Assembly (NCBI GenBank): GCA_002104905.1
Contig: MCFE01000536.1
Location: 1 to 60,924, forward strand
DNA length: 60,924 nucleotides
Source of the DNA: Basidiobolus meristosporus CBS 931.73
Taxonomy: Eukaryota > Fungi > Basidiobolomycota
Direction: 5' to 3'
The notes beneath the pieces are model-generated. The model saw nothing but the letters and a program-made list of their open reading frames with translations. It did no database searches and was not told where the DNA came from. Shown in pieces: positions 51,571-60,924 of the stretch. A program made the position numbers and the translations under genes. The first letter of the stretch is position 1. Every line of letters begins with the position of its first letter.

Positions 51571-52047
51571 AACTCTACAAATGGCCGGCCCTACTTTCGT
51601 CATTGTATTGAAGTCATGATTATTATTTTAACTCCTACACAAGTCTTGGTAAAGGATGCTTTATTTTGTTCGATGTCTACGGCCATTCGTGGTACCGTGA
51701 CTCAGCTCGTTACCCGGTTTCTTTAAACTTTTGTTACTCATACCAAAGCTGTGGAATATTAATATATGATTGTTCGATAAACTTACACTAGAAATGGGTT
51801 ACGCTTGTCCCACGCCGCCTCACTAGTCGGTTAACTAGGCTAACGGCCCGAAATATGGTGCCCATCTGCAGTTGGGTTGATTCGCATGCAGTAGGGTGCT
51901 GATGGCTGCGTTCCTGTCTGCTGGATCTTGAGTAGTTGGCTAGAGGCGATAAAGCAGAGTCGAAAATATGGATTGGATGGTGGGATCCCTAATAAACAAG
52001 GGAGGCGGGCCTTTGGAGTCTGGCCGCTCGATTCACTGAAAACGGAT

Positions 52048-53022
52048 TCAGCTGAAGTTAAATCGATTGCGTGCATGATGGGAGGTGTTGTGTTGGTTAT
52101 GATGGGACCACATGGTTTTCCAATCACTTGGTAGAGGCTCGGATACGGAGTTTTCGGATCCTTTGCACTCCTTGTCGGTAATCTCGTCCCCCTCGATGGT
52201 GATGTGATAGCTTTCCAAACGGATGGGTGGTTGGAGGTCAAAGTTCTCGTTTTCCAGTATGTGCATCAGGTCGGACACGCGATTGGCGCTTTCGGGCCAC
52301 ACTTCGTCCGGGAAACAGCAGAGTAAGCGTCGTCTGATTCTTAGGAATTGGTTGAGGTAATCGTATTCGGTGCTATGTTTCCCAGCAAGCCTCATGATAC
52401 TACGAAGGCTGATCCCGTCATCGTTCTCGTATCCGTGCTGTAGCGCTGTGTCGTAGAAGATCAGTCTGCCGAGGTCGGAATGGATCCCGGCCTTGTTAGC
52501 GAGGTAGATGGCTGGCCGGAGAATGTTCTGATCCGCTACATCGACCTGAACCTGACGGAATTTCTCATCGCATGCTGCTTTCTTCCAGGCCTCTGTAAAC
52601 CCATACAGGTCAACGTCTTTCGGCTCGGTGTGGCAGCGGGTGGTGTTGGAGAACTCGTTGAGCGTGGGAAGGTACTTCTCAAAGCCGGTGGGCTGATCCT
52701 TCTTCACCTTCAAGTATTCCTGTATCACAGTCAGCGCTTCCCCGGCGGATGTGGTGAACCCAACGAACCCACAGGTATAACCTCGCTTGTCGTCGAGGTC
52801 ACGGCAGGATTGGTAATGGAAGTCGGTTCTGGAGTGCTCAAAAACATTCGATATCATCATGATGGTTTTCTTAGTGTCGGGCGACAATGGGGGGACATAG
52901 TAGTTGAAGCTTTTGGAAGGGATGCATGACTTGATGGCGGCCGTGAAGTTGAACACACCACAGTGCATGGTGGTGTTGGTATATGATCCCGCACAGTAAG
53001 GAAGACTCAATCCAGAGACCAT
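52048..53022 (-). CDS. GH46 chitosanase, intronless, about 324 aa
   Basis: ISNVFEHS (catalytic Glu), RDLDDKRGYTCGFVGFTT (catalytic Asp, Arg and Thr of the GH46 DGRGYTxG motif), FRQVQVD, YDTALQHG and YLNQFLRIR. Confidence 0.88.
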   Translation of the reverse strand: MVSGLSLPYCAGSYTNTTMHCGVFNFTAAIKSCIPSKSFNYYVPPLSPDTKKTIMMISNVFEHSRTDFHYQSCRDLDDKRGYTCGFVGFTTSAGEALTVIQEYLKVKKDQPTGFEKYLPTLNEFSNTTRCHTEPKDVDLYGFTEAWKKAACDEKFRQVQVDVADQNILRPAIYLANKAGIHSDLGRLIFYDTALQHGYENDDGISLRSIMRLAGKHSTEYDYLNQFLRIRRRLLCCFPDEVWPESANRVSDLMHILENENFDLQPPIRLESYHITIEGDEITDKECKGSENSVSEPLPSDWKTMWSHHNQHNTSHHARNRFNFS

Positions 53023-53724
53023 GATCTTTACTTGTTGACAGCGGGCCCAATCGAAGAATCGTCAACTAGCTAGAGAAGGCCAATGGGAACAGGAAGTCGT
53101 CGCCAAGGTGGGAAGGATCAAATATCAGAGCGGGCACTGGCGAGAAATAGCGCCTAGAGAAGTGGGATTTATGAATGAATTCTCGGTTTCGATTGGCACC
53201 GCCCACTTGTTTCCTCTCAGTGGATAGTGCTTCATAATGTAAGAATGGCCAAGAGACGATCTGCCCCGAGAAGATGACGACAAGCGGATTGGTCATACGA
53301 AGGTTAGAAAGTACCAACCACGTTCGACGGGACCCGTTTCATTCAAAGACAAACCGAGTCGGAACATTTTCAGATGGTCTGTAACCTTGATACAAGATCG
53401 GTAAATCGTTTCACTCTTACTGCTCACGCCATCGCTGGGCTTTCTTGGGATCGTCATGTCGCCGATACCTAGCCCGAGCTTCTCTGCAGACGGCTAGATT
53501 GCTGGTTGAGCGCAGGCTGTGTGGCGCATAGGGGCCAGGGAGTCGATGGTATCTTAAGGTACGGTTTATTCTGGGTAAAATCAAGCCCATTCAAAAATCA
53601 ATGGAACAGAGTGGCAAATCCCACCAGATATTCTAAAGGAGATCCTCAGTTCAAAGTAACCTGCTTCGATCGCGACACATGGGAATATTGGGGATGAGAT
53701 TTGGCTATACGACGACAAGGTCAC

Positions 53725-54520
53725 TCAGGATTTCTTGCTCTTGCCCTTCCCTTTCTTGGCGGGGCTAGGCTTCTGTCCTATGCTGACGTTGACCTCCTTC
53801 CCCTGGGCGGCAGAGGACCCTTTCCCGTTGATCGTTATGATCGAGCGTTTCTCGAAGATCGAGGTGTCGTCCCACCCTTTCTCGGGGTATTCGGGAATCT
53901 TCGGGTAGTTTGGTAATTGCGCAATCGCCAGTTTGGGCCCGGTGATTGATCCGCCAGGCTTTCCGTTGATGGTCACATCGGCGCAGTTCATGTAGAAGTC
54001 TCGGTTCCCCTCCTTGCTGATCCACGTCCATGCCAGTACGGCCTCTCCGGAGGGCGCATTGGCCGGGAGGGGTATGTCGAAGCTTCTGCCCGAATTCAGG
54101 CACTCAAGAAGCACCGTCTTTAGAACAACCCAATTCTTGGTGTCGTACGAAATAACGAACTGGCAGGTACCGCCTTTGTGGGGGGTCCCTCCCGCAATCT
54201 TGATTTTAACGCTTGAGCCGGCAGAGTAGCTTGCTACGCTGGATCCCTTGGGCGCTCCCTGGCACGGAAATGGCCGCTATACATCACATGGAGTTAATGC
54301 GATTGCTCGGAGCAGAACGTGGTCTGTACCGGCCTACCTTTTCACTGAGGGGAGACATGATGTCGTAATCGACATCACCTTTCTTTTCGAAGTACGGGTT
54401 ATGGGATGATCTTCTGGGCGCGGGCTCAACCATCTCCATATGCGCGGAGCCAAGCTGAACCTGAAATAGAACCAGAACCAGAGACAAAAAAATCCCTCCG
54501 AGGATATAGTGGTGCATCAT
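53725..54520 (-). CDS. Secreted AA11-type lytic polysaccharide monooxygenase (chitin-active family), 2 exons
   Basis: Signal peptide then His1 (GSA|HMEMVEPAPR); phase-0 splice EK|RPFPCQG; second His in TPHKGGTCQ; LAWTW...NRDFYMNCADV (axial Tyr). Confidence 0.88.
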
Positions 54521-56784
54521 GAGAGCAGTTGGAGCAAAACCTGTATGCTGTCCTGATCGCTTCCCAGGGTGTTCTTATAGCCATGCCAACAAAGATCGCT
54601 CCTATTTCTCGTCCTGGCCAGTTTTGCGCTTGCTTTGCATATTTATGTACGAACAAATGAGAATCAAACCAAGGTGTGGATGGTTTAGAATAACCACCGC
54701 TTTGATCTCATTTATTTAGCAATTATTGCTCGCATAGCCCCTGAGCCATTACGAATTCTCTGCCATGTAGTTGCTCAGGACGCTAAGGTAATCGATGATG
54801 AAACAATGGTTGAACTTCTGGGCCGTTCAACAAGGATGGGGCTCCATGAGCTGCAAGCTGTTGGTGGGTCGGCACGCAGCTGTTCACCTGTCGTTTGTCC
54901 AACAAAGCTCCACCCACAGGTGTTGATCGGTTGGTTAGTAAATGGACAAGCCACCAAAAGGCCGGCATCAGATCGCAAACGTCAAAGAAACAAACAGTTT
55001 CAAACCGTCCATACCTCTAATAAATGTGCCCGGGAAGATTCTTGCCAGCCAACATATGCGTACATCCTAACACTACGGGCTCACCGAGTACTTGCTCGAA
55101 TTGATGCCCATGCGTTGTACACCATGCCCAGGAATGCCTGGATAACAGCATATGGAATAGGAGGGGATGACTTTAATCCTTTTGCAGCCAAGATGCTTAA
55201 CCATGTACTGCTTGCATGTACATAGGGATTGTGTCCAGGAGAAAGTTCGGATCTCCCATTGAAAATTCCAATCATCGAGATGATGGATTCTGAAGTGTCA
55301 CACCCACTCCGCCCAAAGCTAATCTATCGACCACCCTGAGTCTAAATCGCATTGGGTTTCGGATTGCTGTGGCATGATGCCATGGGTTAAACAAAAGTTA
55401 CAGGCCGATGACAAAAGAACATGCAAGCAAATCGTACCAACGCCACCCTTGACCAAGGTCCCGCGAGCGATGACGATTGTATACAGAAGTGCTGGTTATT
55501 CATCTTTTCTCAGCCTACACGCGGTCTTGTCCAAGTACGTTTTGATCGATGCCACTTTGCGTTACTATGGGAAGCAGTAGATCTACAGTAGGGACAGTCT
55601 ACATCTATCAATTGCTGTATAGAGCGTCAGATTTCTTATGGGAATTCATGATATCCGGAGAGTGGGCGTAGCTACAATCGCTCTCTCAAAAAGCGATGAG
55701 GTGGAATGAAATTTCGCTGGCGCACAGCGTAGTATGGGCTCGCATCCTTCATCCCCACTATTTTGACCTACGAGCTGGTTACCCGTGGAAATTCCCTAGT
55801 CTCGACTGCTTCTTGGATAATATCTTGGGCCGGATTTGCTGCCATCCTCGCAAAGCATCCATACTTGGCTGGATTTTGGCTAGGGTAGTCTCAATGCATG
55901 AATATGCGGGGCTGGGATGTCATTCCTTTCTATTTGTTTGAGCTGGCACGGGTGGTGTCTTAACATTGGATTTATTGTACCTGATTTTGGCCAACCAGCT
56001 TGAATGCTGTTTCAACCTCCTTATTATGTTGAATAGATTGACTACAGGCTGCCATATCCGGAAATTCTTGAATATTCACCCAACTTGGTCATGTAGATCA
56101 TTGCCTACAAATCTTGGAGAATTCCTACCAAATTCCTTGTCAGGACAAAACCCATTCATTAATGGAAACAAGTAGCTTTCCAGGTTGAATGACATTTTAG
56201 GCCCATACACCAGTAATACTACCATCAGAGCAGTAATCTGATATCTTAAGACTGGTGGCTGATTCAGGCTAATAAGGATTGGTGGCCAGCACAACTTGCT
56301 GTAAGAGTATTTGTTTGATGAGAACTCATCAAGTCATAAAGGCATGACTCTACCTGACCTCAGAGTAGCCTTGCTTCTTAGATGACTGTAACATTTACCA
56401 TCAGCATGTGCATCTGAAGCAGCCATTGCTTTGTAGTTAGTTGCAATGTTTGCTATCAAATATCTCTGAAATTTATGCACTTTATTGTATTAGGTGTGGT
56501 ATTTTTTGGCTTGACAATGCTTGTTTGTCTACATGAGCTTCTTTAGACAGGGTATTACAGGTGGACATTGTTTTCCACCTTGCAAAGGTGAAATTTATGA
56601 TGGGTGCATCATAGAACTGCAAACTCAAACATTATTATGACAGTTTTGAGGTCATATGTTGCCAGCTACATGAAGGTTGTCCAGGTGAATCATGCACAGA
56701 GTTATTTGCATCCTATAATATTTTAGGCAAGAAATAGCAGTAAATCATCAAAGCCCCTCCCCACAAAATATAATTTGGTCACAC

Positions 56785-57340
56785 AGGTGGATCCAATCCA
56801 GATCAGCTGTCAAGATCTTTTGATGAGGCCATCATAATGCCAGCAGCTTGGAATTATTGACCCTCTTTATGACTGTATGACAGGATTTTGACAGCATTTA
56901 GGTGGTCCTTTAGCAGAATTTGAGTAGCATTCTGATGGTTTTATTGTGGCCTGCACATATTTAGTGGGCCCAACTGGCCAGCATATGCAAATGCCATATT
57001 TGGAAAAATTGATGGTATTTTCATGGCCTTGATTTGAACATCTGTTTATATTATTGCAGCTGCACATTGGCCTACAGCTAGTACTTTATAATGCTACTGT
57101 ACCAATTTACCAAATGGTATTTCCTTTTGCTACCTCCCCTTGTGCCATTCATATATTCTATTTTATAACAACCCCAATGTATTTGCTTACCCACTGCTAC
57201 CATGGATATTACATATGTTGTTTGAATCAACAAAACACTATAGCTTCCTGTTTACTCACTACTACATATGGCACACCTGCTGCAATTGACATACTTCTAT
57301 CACCTTTACTTTACAGCTTTTCAGTGTGATACTTGCAAAG
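56785..57340. repeat. Unclassified dispersed repeat, copy 2 (inverted relative to 39230-39831)
   Basis: Reverse-complement matches to copy 1 at both ends and through the middle. Confidence 0.8.
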
Positions 57341-58340
57341 TGGCCATTTACCTTGTATTACTGGTAAGATATAAAAGTTATTATGACAATCCCATTAAAA
57401 GACCATCTCAATTTCTAAGTCCCATGACTAAGAGGTATTGATCCCATCAGGACTCTGTGCAAAGGCTGTCAAAAAGTTATTGCACCCCAGATTTCATAAA
57501 AAACTTGGTCAAAATTTTTCATTACAACAATACATAAATGGCTTTTGATTGGTTCTCTGCCATTTTTCCCACTTTCTGATCATGGACACTCTATCACCTC
57601 CTACATTTGTGCGCATTGATTGGCTATTGCCTCTTTTTCACACTCCTTACTTCCTGACTCAACTGTTTCTCTTACTTTTCATGCATACAAGTTGATTTAT
57701 TTCCATTGAAACTTCAGTTGTACCTTAATTGCCAATTGTATTGACCTACACAAGTACCCATACCCTATACTAGCATTAAGCCCAACCCCACACTCAACAA
57801 ATATTTCTGCTGTAATGCTCTGTTTCCTTGACTTTGGCAGGAACTGTACAGCTTTATGCTATTGTTCATTAACTGGTTTCCATATGTCCTGGTCTTCAGC
57901 TGGCACTGCAAGGTCTAGCACCTCATCTGTCAGTCATTGCACTAGATCCTTGGAATATTCAAGTGTGTTTTCTTGAGCACTGTTCTTGAAGAAGTGCTGC
58001 AACCTCTTGGTGTGCCTATTAATGTTCCAAAATTGCACCAAAGGCATTGTAATAACCTTTTGATTCTTGATGTTGTTACTTTTTCTGTCTGTGGGATCTC
58101 TACTCTGTCAATAATGGAGGATGCAGAGGCTGTGGTAGACAAATTGCCTTTCTTTGCAAGCTCATCTACCTCACTGGAGTGTAGCTCAACTGGCTGTGCT
58201 TCCAACTCTTGTGAAAATAGCTGTTTTCTTGTTAATAATTCTTCTTAGCTATGATGGGATTCAGTCTGGTTTGGACTTACAGCATCAATTGGCTAAGACT
58301 GCAGCTTTTTTCTCATGCTTCCCTGTCTCTGGCTTAGATA

Positions 58341-58689
58341 TGTTGTAAAAATTTGTATTTCCACCTAAATATTCACCTACATTAGTCACTTAGATCATCA
58401 CCTTCAAATCCTAGAGAATACTGACCAAATTCCTTGTCAGGATTTACTTAGAATATTTTCACCAAAATGCCAGGTACCCAGAACATGAAAATTCTCAAAG
58501 TTGTTCAAACAGCCCCAAACTTTGCACACATATTCTTGGAACCTTCCTTAACCTATTCTACGTGTTTGTAATGCCAAGACCAGGTAAAAGTATAAATACT
58601 ACTTTTACATTCAATAAATCATTAAGTGAAAACCACATAATCTACTTGTTCTCCCAATCACTTCCAATATCTCCAAGACTCTTACAACA
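58341..58689 (+). mobile_element. 5' LTR (349 bp) of a Ty5/copia-like element
   Basis: TGTTGTAA...TTACAACA 8-bp terminal inverted repeats; TATAAATA at 58591-58598; immediately followed by the PBS. Confidence 0.92.
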
Positions 58690-58701
58690 GGTTATGAGCC
58701 C
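58690..58701 (+). promoter_or_regulatory. Primer-binding site complementary to the anticodon arm of tRNA-iMet (half-tRNA priming, Ty5/copia type)
   Basis: GGTTATGAGCCC is the reverse complement of GGGCUCAUAACC in fungal initiator tRNA-Met, and it abuts the LTR's terminal CA. Confidence 0.88.
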
Positions 58702-60924
58702 CAAGCTGTCACTCTCTGCAATATCTACTACTGCTATTACTGGAATTTTTCCCTCTGCTGAAAAGTTGGATGGCTCTAACTACCAAGTGTGGAAGGTGAA
58801 GATGAAGATGCTGCTACAAGAAAGAGGCCTTTGGGATATTGTCATGGGAGAAGAATGCCCTCCTAAAAACGTGGGAGAGGAAGCCTTAAAGTACCAGAAG
58901 AAAGAACAAAGTGCCTTTAACTGCATTTGCCTTAATGTCAAGGACAAATTGCTAATTCAATGCTCAAGAGCAAAAACGGCAAAGAATGCCTGGAAGGCAT
59001 TAGAAGACACCTACCAGTCATGCTCAGCTGCCAAGAAAATGTATCTGAGAAGAAAATTCTTTACTACAAAGATGCTGCCAGGAGAAGAAATGAAAAATCT
59101 AATTAACAGAATTACCGTGCTGGTAGATGAGATGAAATCTGTGGGCGTACCAACTACTGATGAGGATGTGATAGTTACCATCCTGAATAGCCTGACAGAC
59201 AAGTTTCAGGGCCTTGTGTCAGCCCTAGAATCCAAAACTGAAGATGTGACCTTAAATTACATATATGGAAGGCTCCTGGAGGAAGAATTAGGAAAATCAG
59301 GCACCAATAACAAGGAAAATGACAATGCTTTCATAAGCATTGATAACCAGGAAAGAAGGTACTCAAGACCCTTTAAAGGCAACAGCAACCTATTTTGCAA
59401 CTACTGCAAAAGGAAAGGACACACATCAGACCAGTGTTTCAAAAAGAGAGATTATCAGCAAAAGAAGCCTGAATATGGAAATGCTGCCACAACTGAAGAT
59501 AGACTATTCATATCTGCACTAAATATGACCACAAAAAAGGATTCTCAGACGTAGTATATTGACTCTGGAGCTTCTCAACACTTTACACACCAAAAAGAAC
59601 TTTTTACCCAATATCAAGAAATTCCAATTAATAAGGTTTTCATGGGTGATGATAGAACACTTGATGCAGTGGGAGAAGGAGCTATCCAAGTGAACCTTAG
59701 AAGCAGTGAAGGAAGCCATACACTGACCTTTAAAGAAGTACTCTATGTACCAGAAATAGCCAAGAACCTACTCTCTGTAAGCAAGGCCACAGCAGAAGGA
59801 CTCAGTTTCAGTTTTGACAATTCTGGATGCAGGATCACTGATCAAAATGGTGCTCATATTGCTTTGGGCATCAGAGATCAGAATCTATACAAGTTGAATT
59901 ATATTCCATCATATCTGGAAGCCAATATAAGTAACTTAAATGAAGAAACACCAATGCTTTGGCACAGGAGATTTGGGCACATCAATTTTGATTATTTGCG
60001 CAAAATGATCAAAGATCAGCTAATTTCTGGAGTGAAAATTGATCCCCCAGCTAATTTGGAGCACTGTGAAGCCTGCATATATGGGAAACAAGCTAGACAA
60101 CTGTTCAAGAGCTCTGGGTTATTCAAAACTAAGAAAAAATTAGATCTAATTCACTCAGAGCTTTGTGGACCTATGCAAAATTTATCCTTAGGCGGGATGA
60201 AGTATTTAATCACTTTTATTGATGATTATACAAGATGCACATGGGTCTACTTCATGGAGAGAAAGGAAGAAGCTCTGTCTAAGCTCAGGGAGTTTAAAGC
60301 CATGGTGGAGAGAGAAACTGGTGAAAAAATCAAGAAAATATGCTCTGACAATGGTGGAGAATATACCTCAAAACTCTTCATCCACTTCTGCAAAATTCAT
60401 GGGATAAAGCAAGAGACTACTGTACCATACTCCCCACAGCAAAATGGAGTAGCAGAACAAGCTAACAGATCAATAATTGATATGGCAAGATCTATAATCC
60501 ATGATCATAAATTATCCTATGATTTTGGGCGGAATCAGTTGCTACTGCTGTATACCTTAGAAATAGGAGTTATAACAGAATACTTCGTGATTCTACTCCA
60601 TTTGAAGCATGGTATGGATACAGACCAAGTGCAGAACATCTAAGAATATTTGGGTGCACAGCATTTGCCAAAAAACTGGCCGGAAATCAGTCAAAATTTG
60701 AGCCAAAAAGTGTAAAATGCATATTTTTGGGCTACTGCAATGAGAGTAAGGCATACAGACTCTACAATACCAAAGCAAAGAAGCGGATCAAGTCCAGGGA
60801 TGTGTTGTTTGATGAAAATTCAAAATTTTCACAAAAAAATGACATCAGATGATGACAAAAATTTTATCTCAAGTCCACCAATTGTCAGGATTGAATCAGA
60901 GCAAAACAATGAAAATTTTTTCAC
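58694..60924 (+). pseudogene. Defective copia-type gag-protease-integrase ORF, runs off the window
   Basis: Gag EKLDGSNYQVW...GLWDIV; Zn knuckle CNYCKRKGHTSDQC; protease (W to stop, TAG 59552-59554)YIDSGAS; integrase HHCC LWHRRFGH...CEAC; IHSELCGP (D to E, 60158); SDNGGEY; PQQNGVAE; one-base frameshift at about 60523-60527 before WAESVATAVYLRNR. Confidence 0.93.

Noticed and set aside
52480-52929. 149-aa plus-strand ORF
   Set aside because: Antisense to the GH46 chitosanase.

Overview
Eukaryotic genomic DNA with short GT-AG introns and CTAAC-like branch points. Gene content suggests an early-diverging fungus (Zoopagomycota/Mucoromycota-like; inference). About 1-38.7 kb is gene-dense: F-box/LRR protein, 7TM receptor, large-ectodomain multi-pass membrane protein, SPO7, a small secreted protein, a nitrate-reductase-architecture enzyme with a remodelled Mo active site, a cyclin (Pch1/cyclin K-like, invisible in the ORF track), YOP1, DOT1, then mitochondrial TrpRS, THADA/TRM732 and TRM13 side by side. 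About 38.7-43.9 kb is a CpG-depleted retroelement island: one old Ty5/copia-type relic (5' LTR, PBS, gag) carries five solo LTRs inserted within about 0.7 kb of original sequence, and one of these contains a 734-bp near-perfect foldback element with a 3-bp TSD. About 46.5-54.5 kb holds glutamine synthetase type III, a C2/Pro-rich protein, a GH46 chitosanase and an AA11-type LPMO. The window ends in relic repeats and a defective Ty5/copia-like element whose half-tRNA-iMet primer-binding site contains the apparent gag start codon. All exon structures were derived by hand and need RNA-seq confirmation.
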